Shown here piece by piece: positions 51,760 through 64,000 of a DNA stretch of 64,000 nucleotides. The translations under genes and the position numbers were made by a program. Numbering within the stretch: position 1 is the first letter of the stretch; the number at the start of each line of letters is the position of its first letter. This DNA is from Octopus sinensis (lineage: Eukaryota): contig NW_021832220.1 in NCBI RefSeq assembly GCF_006345805.1, positions 1 to 64,000 on the forward strand, in the 5' to 3' direction. Below the pieces are notes generated by a model. It had not been told where the DNA came from, did no database searches, and saw nothing but the letters and a program-made list of their open reading frames with translations.

Positions 51760-53500
51760 ATCCTAATTGCTGCTATTGAGAGACAAAGACATGGACAACA
51801 ATTCTCACCCTTCAACTGAGAATAGAATAATTGTTTCAGATACTATAAGCATTTCAAAGGAAATATTCCAGGGAGATAGTCTTTCTGTACTTCTTTTCAT
51901 TTTGGCACTGAATCCATTATCGTTCCTACTGCAGAAAACAAATGGTTACATGCTAGGATCTTTAACTGCTAGAAATATCAATGTAACTCATAATTTTTTT
52001 GTAGACAACCTCAAGATTTATGCTAAAAGTGTTAACAATGCCAAAAAGCAACTGAAATTAATAACAACATTTTCAGCTGATATAGTCATGGAATTTAGCC
52101 AAAAGAAATGTTTATATTTGGTTAAAGAACGAGGAAAGTCAGTCTCCCAAACCCAAAATCTGTGCATCAATGGTCTCTCTATCTCCCCCATTCCACATAA
52201 AGAATGTTACAAGTACCTTGGCATAGATGAAAATGTATCAAAGGCATTGTGAATAAAGGTAAAGTGACCCAAGAATATTACACAAAACTTAGGAAAATAT
52301 GACTGTTGGAACTCTCCTCTTACAACAAAACAATATCCCACAATGCATTTTCAGTACCAGTGCTGATCCCAACATTTGGGATACTTGATTGATATCAAAA
52401 CCTACAAAATCCTGACAACTGGGAACAGTGCTGTTGACAGGCTCTACCTAAGAAGAAATGGAGGTAGTAGAGGCCTGAGGTCAGTGCAGATGGCCTTCAA
52501 ATGCTGTATGGTATCACTCAGGCAGCACCTGCTGAACAACAGCAGCAAAAATAAATATATAAATGCAGTGCTGAAAAGTGAAGTAAGCAACATTGTATGA
52601 ATTGGCAGTGAGCTGCTCAAGAAGCATTCTCTTCCTGATGATCTATAAAGCCCCAAAACAGCTCTCTTACCTCAGAGAAAATCTGGATGGAAAGCACTCA
52701 GCATACAAAAAAAAAAAAGACTAGGCATGGGTATGTTGCCTGGAAGCTTGAAAAAGACAGTAGAATTGACACAAAGCACAGCCGCTCTTGGACACAAGAC
52801 CACTACATCACACCACACTTTGAAGGCTATGCGTTTGCAATCCAGGAACAAAAGATTGCCACAAAGTTCCTGGTGATCAAAAGAGACAGTGACGCTCTTA
52901 TAATCCCGAGGTGCAACCGCATGTGTAGGCTATGTCATTTCTGTGGAAGACATGTGATTAGCAGCTGTCCTAAAATGTCGTCATGGCACTACCTCCCTAT
53001 GCAGCACGATGTTGTCACTAAAACAATTTACAATACCATCCACAAAAAAAATTGTCCTGAAATAAAATCTCAAGGAATACTGGTGGAATATTCCTTCTGT
53101 CAAATATAAACATAACAGGCCAGATATCGTTGTTTAGGACAGAGGGACAAAGGTATGTTCTGTCATAGAGGTTAGCTGCCCTGCAGATATAAATATCTCT
53201 TTGAAAATCCATATCCAGAATATGAATTCTTATTCATACCAATTGTAATTGGGGAACTAGGTTTCGTTAGTAAATGCTTAAAGGAGAATCTGGATAAACT
53301 GGGATTTTCAGAAAGAGAAATCGACCGGCAGATTTGTACAAGTGCAATCTGTGAGTGGAACGGTAAAAATATGCAAGACTTTTCTCAAGTTCCAAATGTG
53401 AATTTGTCTGTGTTAACTATTGCCAAATATGGAGTCCTGCATTTTTGTTGGAAACCAGCTCCCTTCTCAGTGGAATATTTATAATAATTAAAAAATAGAA
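51760..53500 (+). mobile_element. R4/Dong-like non-LTR retrotransposon fragment (RT, CCHC, restriction-like endonuclease)
   Basis: IFQGDSLS.LLFILALNPL, FVDNLK, YKYLGI, RLYLRRNGGSRGL, FAIQEQ, CRLC..HVISSC, HD.V and RPDIV motifs. Many stops. Confidence 0.8.
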
Positions 53501-53759
53501 GAGACATTCATACATACCACAACAGAACAAGCAACTGGGAAGAAGGGAATTTGGGGATGTGCCAAGCAAGTGTTGATAAACAAAACTAATGCCATAGGTG
53601 CCTGGTTTCAATACTGATGAACTATAAGTAAGCCTGTGACCCTGTCCCCCTCCCCATCGGTTTGCTAAAGTTCCTGGGAGCATAATCAGAAGCCATAGCT
53701 GACCTGACTTGATCCTAGGCCACCTAATTGAAGTTAAATACAAAGAATGATGGTATTAT

Positions 53760-55265
53760 AACTGATAAAATACAATATCACAGAGGTATATTTCAAGGAG
53801 ACAGTTTCTCTCTCTTTCTTTGTGATGCTGCTCATACTTTCCATAAACCCCTTGTCAATCAGATTGGGCAAGTATGAAGGATATCTCATTGGTTGATAGA
53901 GGCAGAAATATCAAAATTACACACTGCTTTATATTTGTAGATGACTTGAAGCTGTATGCCAGGTATATGCATGAGATGAAAAAGAGCATTGACCCAGTGA
54001 CAACATTCTCAAAGGCTATAAGGTTAGAGTTTGGCCAGACTGTTTCTATATGGTTGTGCAATAAGGCTAAACTGTAAACCAGACTAGCAGCATCTTCATC
54101 AATGGCTTGACTGTTTCTTCAAAGTCTGATGGGGAATGTTACCGGTATCTAGGGATAGATGAAAGCATATCTGTGACAAGGAATGCATCACTAAAGGATG
54201 TAACAGCCAGATAAGAAAATTATGAACCTTGGAACTTTCTGTGTTCAATAGAACAGCGGTCCACAATGTGTTTGCAGCACCGGTGCTCATACCAACATTT
54301 GGAGCACTTGATTGGTTGCTTGACGAGACTCAAGCCATTGATGTGAGAACCCAGCAAGTACTACTGGCACAAATAATTTTCACATCAGTAGTGATGTAGA
54401 CCACCTCTAACCTAAAATGAAAAGGAGGAGGCAGAGGCTTAACATTAATCCAGACTACTTGCTCTTCAGTCTTATGTCATATCCCTTTTGCAACATATTT
54501 TAAGCACCAAGTGTTGAAGTGAATTCATTGATAAAGTGGAGTTAACACTAAAGATAACACCCACATCATAAGCATACATCCCAAAATTTCATCATGTTAT
54601 TATCTCACAATGAGACATGATGTTGTAGCCAAGAAACTGTATGGGATCTGTTGGAAGAATAATCAAAAGGCCAAAGAGATAAGAACCTATAGTATGGTAG
54701 AGGTCATACCACCTGTAATATGAAAGAGTACTGGTGCAATATCCCTGTGAAAACCTCAAGAAAATGCAAACATAAAGCAGACATGTTGATTTCAGACAGA
54801 GAAAAGAAACTAAGTACATTAGTGAAAATCAGTTGTCCAGTGTAAAACTAAAGATCAGTGACAAAGTAAAAAAATCTCTTCTGAGCTATTTATAGCTACT
54901 CTACCTGGATTACAAGTTCAGATTTCCCCCCATAACTGTTGGAGCACTGCCTCAACACCAATCTTGAGAAATTAGGATTCTAAAGGAGAAAGCTTATTAA
55001 AATATTACAGGCATCAATGAAATTGTGAAAGTAGGTAAAACTTTCCGAAAGTTAAGCATTTCAATACACCTGCATATATCTAAATATGCAACATAAAACA
55101 AAGCATACAAATCTGTTCATGCACTGACCCCAAATATTTCACTTATATACACAATCAAGCACGAATACCCTGTTGATGTTAAAAATTTCAGTGAAAGAGC
55201 CTTGGATCTAGGTTAGAAATTGGTTTTTTTCCTTCATTGATAAGAAATCTAGAAATAAAACTAAA
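53760..55265 (+). mobile_element. Second R4-like fragment
   Basis: FQGDS.S, ITHCFIFVDDLKLY and YRYLGIDES motifs, with a decayed C-terminus. Confidence 0.7.
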
Positions 55266-55651
55266 TAAGAACATACATGCAAACATATGTATATACATAA
55301 TTGATTATGATGCAATTATAATGAATTTATTTTTAAATGAAATCTATAAGGCATGAAAGTTTTTCTGTTATCAGTGGAGATTATGTAAAGTCACAGCTGT
55401 TTGTCTTTTATTTACAAAACTTATGATAAAACAGCAGTTCATTCTGGGACATTATCAGAAAATATAATCAAACATTTTAAAGTTATCTTTTATTTTTTAA
55501 TTCTACAGTCACTATTAAAAATGGATATATTAGATAATACACTACTAGATGCACTATTTTTGCAGAAAATAATTAGACAGGATGGTCATGGTTGGAGTGC
55601 TTTTACTCATAGGTCTGCTCAATCAGTGTTCACCTGTTGTTAAACAATATG

Positions 55652-56480
55652 TACAAAGTGTATTCCAGAAATTTTGAAACTTTTTTAGGAGAGGCAGTTA
55701 TAACTACCCTAGATTATTGTGACTTTAGCACATCGTTACTATACAACTAATAAGCTGACTTGTCAACTTTTGTTATTTCAGATTAAAGGAGATGGCTGTA
55801 ACAACACTTTGAAAGCATCTTACTAAACACTGCTTGTTACAGCTAACTATTTTGCAAAATGCTATCAGGACATGAAGACAATTTGGGAAACTCACTATGT
55901 AATAAAGTTTTGTTAAACTGGAAAAAAACACTACAGAAACTTCTGAAATGGTCCAGACTGCTCATATGACTTGAGCATCTGTTTTTTGCTGGCACAAGAG
56001 GGCAGGTAAAGCAAGTCTACCAGGAAGCTCATGATGATCCTGCAAGGGCATCATCTACAGCCACAGGATTCCCTCTAGCTACATAGTTAACAAAGAGTTC
56101 CTTGTGAAGGCTTTTAGTGTGTTCAGGAAGAGATTTTGTCTCAAAAGGTCAGAGCACCTATACAAGGAAAAATGCCAGTCCACAGTTCTATCCTGACAAA
56201 CACTGTCTCTCACCATCCCTACAGTCCAGACCTTGCTCTCTGCTTTCGACTGTTCCCCCAGCTAAAGGAGAACCTCTTGGGTAGTGGTTTTGAAGAATTG
56301 AAAAGATGAAGGAGGCTGTAACAAGGGTCCTGGACACCTTCACCTTGGAAGACTTCCAAGGGGGTCTTCATGAAGTGGTTGGAGTGTTACAACAAATGCA
56401 TTGGAGTCAGTGAATCCTAATTTGAAGGATATTTTGTACTTTGACACTAATAAAGGTCTCAAAACTTCTGGAATGCATCT
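55652..56480 (+). mobile_element. Internally deleted, degenerate mariner element
   Basis: Remnants of VIKFCVKL, HPYSPDLA..LFPQLKE and KW.E.YNKCI, with imperfect TIRs (tattccagaaattttga / tcaaaacttctggaatg). Confidence 0.7.
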
Positions 56481-56957
56481 TAATGTCAACACATTCAATA
56501 ACACATATATATGATGCCATCAACGTGAAACTCCTTCATAACCCTAATATAACAGCTAACGCCACTACTCTCTAGCTATTCTGGTACCTTTAGCTAATGC
56601 ATCCCCATCCAGAAGCAGCTGCAGTGATATTCAAAATATCTAATATTTCCTTACTTTTTGCTACTTATTTCCTTTTCTTCAGCTCTCTTTTGTCATTCAA
56701 AGGTCTTATCACTTAGCTACTAAACCCAACTTCCCCCAACATATATCTTTTATTTGCCACAAAAACTTGTGGTTGAATGTGTGAAACAAAATAAAAAATA
56801 ATCTAACCGAAAGTCAGTTAATATCATCCGACTCCAGGAATTGTAAGATGCAATTAATTCAGCTAATTGTGTGTGTTTCTGTTTCTACTGTTGTGAAATA
56901 ATTACAATAATAATAATAATCAGGAAAACAGTGGTATATTGATATTTTATTTTTCAG

Positions 56958-57146
56958 AACCTAAAATATTGACTGCTTTTGAGCAAGAAGCTAAGTCTTG
57001 GGAGGTTCGAGGAGTTCAGGAAGCTGAAGATGGAAACCTAGATTCTTCAATTCACATGTTTACTCAGGCTATACAACTTGCTCCGCAATTGTCTTCTGGT
57101 TATAATAATCGAGCCCAAGCACTCCGTTTGAAGGGTGATATACAAG
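56958..57146 (+). CDS. TTC36: TTC36 exon 2 (TPR repeat)
   Basis: Acceptor ttttcag| and donor G|GTAAAC, 189 nt. EVRGVQEAEDGNL..FTQAIQLAPQLSSGYNNRAQALRLKGD matches TTC36 (ELQGVMAAEAGDL..SAYNNRAQARRLQGD). Confidence 0.93.
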
Positions 57147-57431
57147 GTAAACCTGAATTTAGTTGTTTACTCCTGAAATATAGGAAGTTGATGTGTGTAA
57201 ATTATTATACATAGATACACACATACATGCATTCATGCTCGTGCATGCACATGTTCACACGCACACACTATTTCTAGACAACCCCTTTTTTTTTCATTGC
57301 TCCCTGCATTGTATCATCATCATCATCATCATTGATTAACGTCCGCTTTCCATGCTAGCATGGGTTGGACGGTTTGACTATATGGTTGCATTAACTGAAC
57401 AAAACATACGCACTCTGTCTTTATCTTTTAG

Positions 57432-57530
57432 GGGCTTTAGAGGATCTAGATAAAGCCATTGAGCTGAATACTGGTAACAGTGCTGTCTGTAAAGCTGTTG
57501 TTCAACGTGCAATACTTAGACGTTACAAAG
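57432..57530 (+). CDS. TTC36: TTC36 exon 3
   Basis: Acceptor tcttttag| and donor AAAG|GTAAGT, 99 nt. Encodes GALEDLDKAIEL..VVQRAILRRYKG (TTC36: GALEDLERAVEL..FVQRGLL). Not in the ORF track; translated by hand. Confidence 0.9.
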
Positions 57531-57739
57531 GTAAGTTCTTCACATGCATATGAATACACTCGGGTGTATTGTTTCAACGAATCTTACCAATCTGTTACCA
57601 CAACCACCATGCAATGTATCTATTCATATTTGCATGTGTTTGTGTGTGTGATGACATATATATATATTGTGAGCAATAAAGTTTCTTGTATATTCCATTT
57701 TCTGTCTATCATTTGCTGTGTGTGTGTTTGTTGTATATA

Positions 57740-59155
57740 TATCATCATCATTAAACATCAGTTCTCCATGTTGACATAGACTGGATGATTTGACTGGAGT
57801 TGGCCAGCTGGAGCGCTACCTGAGCTCCTCGCATGGTTTCTAGGCTTATATGCCCTTCCTAATGCCAACCACTTTGCAGAGTGGACTGAATGCTTTTAAC
57901 ATGGCTGCTTTAAAGTGAATACTAGTATGGACATTTTTATGTGGCACTGGCAGAAGTGCTTTTATGTGATCCCAGCATCTACAAGCCTGCAAGACTAGGA
58001 TCTCTCAGCTCTGAGACAGGGATGTAGAAAACATACCTGTATGTATGGATGGCCATGATCTTACCTAGCTTGATGTGTCTTCACAAGCACAGCAAACTAC
58101 CTAACACCTTGATCCCCTATCATTTCCTCTGTGAAGCCCAAATGTCTGAAGATCCTTTCTTACCATTTTGTCCCATGTTTTCCTGGGTCTACCCGTTCCA
58201 GTATAGTCTTGTCTCTCTTGCACACTACAACTGATGCACACTGACATTACCCATCCGGCAGAGCATGCTGGCTGCATTTCTTTCAAGCTTTCACATGTCC
58301 TCAGTAGTCACATCCTGTTTCTCACTGCAATGTAACACAGTTGTTCATACACAGGCATCACACAATCTGCTTTTCACTTTGAGAGAGAAGCTCTTTATTA
58401 CCAACAAAAGTATTAGCTCTCTTCACTTTGCTCAGCCTGTTCTTATTCTAGTTGCTAACTTGGTCACTTAAGTAATGGAAACTATCTACTACTTTTAAGG
58501 ACACTCCCAAACATTTGATGGAGTCTGTTTTCTGTACATTCCTAGTGTTTAATGTACCTGCACATCTGCCACACACAAAAATTACTTTCTGTTAACCTTC
58601 CTGTGATACTGTTGCACCTCTTATATAATCCATAGCTTGTGCTAGGTACACTGTATGAAGTTTCAATCATCTTCCTTTTCTACATATCAAGTATGGCCAT
58701 CTCCCTGAAGGGATCAGCAATTTGTCTGATTTCCTACTTACTAGGACTTTGGGTTTTACAAAATTAACATTTTGGCTTGGAGGACTATGATAAACAAGGG
58801 AGTGCTGAAAACTGCTCCTTGGTGAACTCCTACCTGTACAGCAATTCCTTGCTATACTCGTTGCTGACTTTCACCTTACTGACAGCATCCATGTACATGG
58901 CTTGTACAGCTCTCACCTATCACTCATCTATCCTTAGCTTCTGCATTGCCCACCAGATAAGGGTGTGGGGGATCCTGTCAAAGGCTTTTTCCATGTCAAC
59001 AAAAGCTAAATACAGATATTTATATTTGGCTGAATACTTCTCTTGCAGTTGCCTCACCAGAAAGATAGTACAAGTAATGTTTCTTCCTGTCACAGAACCA
59101 AGCTGCATGTCATCTAGGCTAACTCTCTTTCTAATTAATTGAGCTATGACCTTAA
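57740..59155 (-). mobile_element. Degenerate RTE LINE fragment
   Basis: FLVRQLQEKY..LAFVDMEKAFDRIP and GRPRKTWD motifs, with a (CAT)n tail. Confidence 0.8.
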
Positions 59156-61449
59156 GTATCCTTAATTGCTTTATCTACTAAGCTATTGTCAATATGGATA
59201 ACCAGCCCTGAAACCTAAATAACCTGAAGCCATAAGGGGGTAGGATGAAATTGATTTTAGATCATTCTTGGGAGTAAATTGAAATCTATGACTCAGCTCC
59301 ACATGATTTAATGTTTTGTGGATATGTAGGACATGTCCATCTTATCAAATGCTAAAAGCAAACTGTTATTATGAATGCATGTAACTCCTGCAACACGTTG
59401 AGTACTACATTTTTTCATATGTTCTCTCACACTTGTGTGACACAGCACTAGTGCATGAGAAAAAAGTTAAGCATAAGAGAAATTAGATGCAGTGTGCAAA
59501 AGAGCAGACAGCTTGTTTGGTAATGTAGTGTGTATGGATAAGGACTTTTGCGTAAAGGAGTGATGATCACGAAGATAAACGAAGAAGACCCAGGAGTATA
59601 TGACATGAATCATTGAAGGCTGATCTCAGAATGTTGACCCTTACAAAGGAGATGACAAAGAACCAAGATATATGATGCATTGCTGTAGTCAAGGCAACCC
59701 ACTCATCACAACAGAATTAGCATCTTAAAACTACCTTGATAATGCTTGCCTATGAAGAGCACTGGTGCCACATAAAATTCTCAGGCTGGTGCCACATAAA
59801 AAGCACTGGTGATGGTGCCATGTAAAAAGCACCCAGTTCCTTCTGTAAAGTGATTAGCCTTAGGAAGGACATCTGACTAGATGTTAAGCCAAAATAAGCT
59901 GTGGAAACTGGTGCAGCATCTGGGCTTGCCAGCTCCTGTCAAACCATCCAACCCATGCCAGCATGGAAAACGGATGTTAAATGATGATGATATACACATA
60001 TACAAATGTTTTTTTAAGGTGTTATTTTATAGTCATTTTAAGAATAATAATAACATATTTGATGGGGAGACTCAATTACTAAAAGTAGAATAAAATTTGT
60101 TATAAATTTAAGTCAGATGCTAAGTTTCAAATGATGAAGCTAAACCTAAAGTCCCACTTGAAACAAATTTTATAATGTGTTTTGATTTCACTTTCATTAT
60201 TGAATCACCCCAATTTCACCAATCTTTCTTCTATTCCTAATTTCACCTACTTTTATCTCAGGTTATTCATTCTCTAGATATTCATTGTTGCTCTTTCCAG
60301 TACTATTATCATTGGGATTTTCAGCATTTTGATTATTATTCATATTGTTTTTGCCATTGCCAATATCATTATTTCTTTACTGTTGCAGTCCTTAGTTGAA
60401 GGATTATTTTAATTTTTACCCCTATTAATGGTGTTAGTAATCTCCTGGTTTATCTTTGTAATATTGAGTTTATAAATACCACAAGATTTTTAGCATACAG
60501 TGAAATTGTCATATGCAACCCCTAATTACTTCAAATACCAAATTTATAAACTCCTTGCCATGACATCACATGGTAGCTGTAAACAAGTATTACACTCATG
60601 AAAATAGTGTCCTTCATTTCCAATCTTCCATGAAAATATGTCTGGTCATGGGGAATATCACCTCACTTGGAAACAAGTGTGAGTTGGCAACAAGAAGAGC
60701 ATCCAACCATGGAAAATCCACCTTAACAAATTCTGTCCAACCCATGCAAGCATAAAAAAGTGGATGTTAAAATGATGATGATGATGATTTCCATGCTATT
60801 GTGGGTTGGATGGATCCTCACAATCTGAGTTATTTAAAGTTACTGCTCTTCAGACAAGTTATAGGATCAGGTTTTGCAGAAAACATTCCATTTTGGCTTG
60901 GTCTTAACAGCTGAATACCCTTCATAACACCACCTACTGTACAGTGTGTGCAAAGTGCATATTATCAAGGTAGCAACATAGAGAGGCTGTCCTGATTTCT
61001 GACAAACTAAAGAGTCCTGTCAACTTCACATTATCTCTACTCATTCACTATTCACTTTACAGGGTGTACTGGTTGCATTTTATTGTGAAACCAGCACACT
61101 TGATGTCCTTCTTCACACAATTAAAGCCATCATTACGCTATGATGTCTATTAAAGGTAACATAGCCAACAGGTTGAAGAGATGACAAGATGGAGAGCAAG
61201 AATATGGATGATGGGAAACAAGTAATTGGAGTGTAAAGGATATAGAGGAGAGAATAATGAAAGACATGCATTGTTGAGGGTGTTGGTGAAAATGTGATGG
61301 GGGAAAACTGATGGTACAGTGGTTAGGAGAAAGACTTAGTGTTAGAGAATTAGTGATCAAGAGATGTAGAGGTATCTCAGAGGTGAGTATCAAAGAGCAG
61401 ATGTTGGTTTAACAGAGTTATATTTAGTTATAAGCTCAAATGTAGAAAT

Positions 61450-62900
61450 ATACCTCCCAATTTCCACCCCTAATATCAATTTATCATTTGCCACACCATG
61501 CTTGCGTTGCAATCCTTTCTAAAACTTTATCTTAAAAATTTTATCTTATGTCTTCTTACTTTTGTAGCATTTTACTGGGTTCATGTTCATATCATTTATC
61601 AGTATGGTCAAATCCCTAGCTTTTGTGTCTTTATATTCTTTCTGTGCCAGCTTGCTACATTCAATTACTATATAACTAACACTTTTCTCTTTTGATTTAC
61701 ATAACCTACATTGGGAATCTACCTGGTTTTTATCCATTTAGTTCTCAATGCTTGATCTTGTGCTGCTGCTAACAAAGTTTCTGTCTCCCTTTTCAGCCCT
61801 CTGTCTGCAACCACAACCTGTTTCATTATTACTATTTCTTGCAACTATCTTTGAGAATCTGCCATGCAAAGCCTTCTTTTGCGAGTCAAATAATTTACTG
61901 ATTTGGCTTTTCGGTTTCCCCATGTCCTTCTGTTACTCTAGCAGCTCTGAATAAACTTTCTTCACTATTACCTACATAAGAAGCTATATCTACTCTAGCT
62001 AACTCAATGAAATCTTCTGATGACATTAACCCTCTTCCGCCTTCTTTTCTAGATAAGTATAATCCTGTTACTCCTACTCTTGGCTGAAGTCTTCCATTCA
62101 TATTGAACTCCTTCCTAGTTCTTCTGTTTGGATTTGCTAATTCAGATTTTGTCCAATCTACAGCATTCACTAGATTCAGACCATTTGGTTTTGACTTCAT
62201 TAGCTTCTTCATCCTTCTGATAGACTCCTTCTCAATTTCATTTTCATTTCTGCAGTTAGTACTTTGTCAGATAATTGGATGCCTTCACTGCTGACTACCT
62301 GCCCCTTTTTATGACAAATATTGCACACTTATCTATGCCAACTTCCATACCTATATCTTTGCTGAAGATTCTTACAGTTTGTATAAAGTAATCTATCTCT
62401 TTTTTTTATTCTTACTTAAAAAGCTTCAGATCATCCATGAAGAGCAAATGGTTAATTTTCCCTTTACTATCTTAAAACCAATACTCTGCATTTGCCTTTC
62501 TTAATAGTAAACTGAGGAGGATTAAGCATAGCACATATATCAAAAGGGATAACCAGTCTCCTTAGAAAATTCCTCTCTTGATATTAACTTTCACTAAGGC
62601 TGTGTTACCTGAGTAGATATCTTCATGCTGTAACTAATCAATTTTCTTGTGTTGTCTGCAATACTGAATATACTCAAACATTCACTTATCCATGAGTGTG
62701 CAATCATGTTATAGGCTTTCTTACCTATTCTTGCCATTGTTAAAGTTTTGGCCATTAATTCCTCTAGCCTCCTTTTAAACTTTCTATTCTTCTGGCTGCA
62801 AATTCTGGTTGTTAAGGTGCTCATAAATGCTTTCTGAGAGTATTCCTGTTAATGGCTTCCAGTCTAATGGTAAGCAAGTGATTGGTCTATAATTACTAGC
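61450..62900 (-). mobile_element. R4-like fragment (RT to CCHC region)
   Basis: KKAYNMIAHSWI, HLLFMDDLK, LYLSRKEGGRGL and CRLCKSKEKSVSYIVIECS motifs. Confidence 0.75.
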
Positions 62901-62924
62901 TATATTGCCCTTGCTTTTGTCTTT

Positions 62925-63620
62925 CATTCTTATCATCATCATTATTATTTTGGTTTGGATCCAGTTCGGTTTTATTCCAGGTAGGATTTATGTGGGTAGC
63001 GGATTACTCTGTGTAACCTTAGGTATCCACAAGTTTCTAGCTATTTTTCAAGTGCTTAGAACCCTCCTGATAATCCTTGCTGTCCTTATGAGATAAACTT
63101 TCTGTAGGGGCTCCACTGAGCATTCTATTTCAATCTCCTTTAGCCATATGTCTATATCTTTGCTTACTCTTCCCAATGCACCAATTATTATAGGCACCAC
63201 CTTTACCGTTCTTATGCTCCAAATTCTTCCTATTTCAAATTTTAAGGGATTGTATGTTTTTTTGTATCTCATCCTTTTTCTTTACAATCCTGGAATCAAG
63301 TGGGCATGATGGGTTGATCAGTAAGCAACTTCACTTTTCTTTGTCTATAATTGTTGTCTAACTTCTTGTCCATTTGAATAGGAAAGCCCCACAAAATCTT
63401 ATATTTCTCCGATTCTAATACTCTTTCGACTTGATGATTGTACTATGTATTTTTGGCTTCAAATTCCCATTTATGGCACAGTTTCTAGTGTAAAACATTT
63501 ACAACCTGGTTGTGCCAACTTGGGGCATTCTGCCACTGTGTGCCACTGCCTTGTTCCAACTTCTGCAGGCTCTACACTTTTCTGACACATTCTCTTCATA
63601 TATATTTTTTCTCGAGTTGT
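62925..63620 (-). mobile_element. R4-like 3' end (endonuclease C-terminus and tail)
   Basis: VKVVPIIIGALG..LQK..TARIIRRVL, followed by a short A/GAT-rich tail. Confidence 0.72.
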
Positions 63621-63781
63621 TGGTTTTGATCGCTTGATCTTAGGCTACTACAATTAGGCTCTCTGTTTCTTTTTTTAATTGTCCCTTTTTTTAACCAAGC
63701 CCAGGATTTTGTTCCACATACATCATTATTATTATTATTATTATCATCACCATCATCTTTATCTGTTTTTACTTTTTCTAG

Positions 63782-63948
63782 GTGATGATAAAGGAGCTCT
63801 TGAAGATTTTAAGAGTGCTGCAAGCAGAGGAAGTGCATTTGCGCAACAGATGCTAATTGCGTTGAACCCATATGCTGCTCTGTGTAACCAAATGTTGTGT
63901 GAGGTTATCAATAAGTTAAAGGCTGGAAATATTGAAGAATCCATTTAA
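63782..63948 (+). CDS. TTC36: TTC36 exon 4 (terminal)
   Basis: Acceptor ctttttctag|. Encodes GDDKGALEDFKSAASRGSAFAQQMLIALNPYAALCNQML, with the diagnostic LNPYAALCN motif, and a TAA stop. The four exons total 582 nt, i.e. 193 aa plus stop. Confidence 0.93.
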
Positions 63949-64000
63949 ATATTTAATTATTTTTGCTGTTTAGTACTTGGTTAACCCTGACCCAGCAATT

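Overview
AT-rich, repeat-dense eukaryotic (metazoan) genomic DNA. The SINE/RTE content, (GAT)n tails and very long (TA)/(CA) microsatellites suggest an Octopus-like cephalopod (inference only). Two intron-rich host genes sit head-to-head around a ~0.44-kb shared promoter near 42.2 kb: TICRR/Treslin on the minus strand (exons from ~42.0 kb down to 1.6 kb) and TTC36 on the plus strand (4 exons, 42.4-63.9 kb, 193 aa when spliced). The introns hold RTE and R4-like LINE fragments, two SINE families, a full-length but frameshifted hAT with a perfect TSD, two Merlin/IS1016-type families with 8-bp TSDs, a solo LTR, MITEs and mariner/pogo fossils. The strongest hunt result is a ~6.2-kb fold-back element in a TICRR intron whose outer ends each carry a complete candidate type-I hammerhead ribozyme (Penelope/retrozyme-like). 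One copy is sense to the TICRR pre-mRNA and its antisense complement is transcribed first. Other notable points: nested hall-of-mirrors Merlin elements bracketing the promoter, with evidence of internal flip-flop; no in-frame ATG for TICRR exon 1, preceded by twin near-identical uORFs; and a lengthened linker between the two Treslin CDK sites. All calls come from reading the sequence by eye. Homopolymer or microsatellite assembly errors and fold-back read artefacts cannot be excluded.
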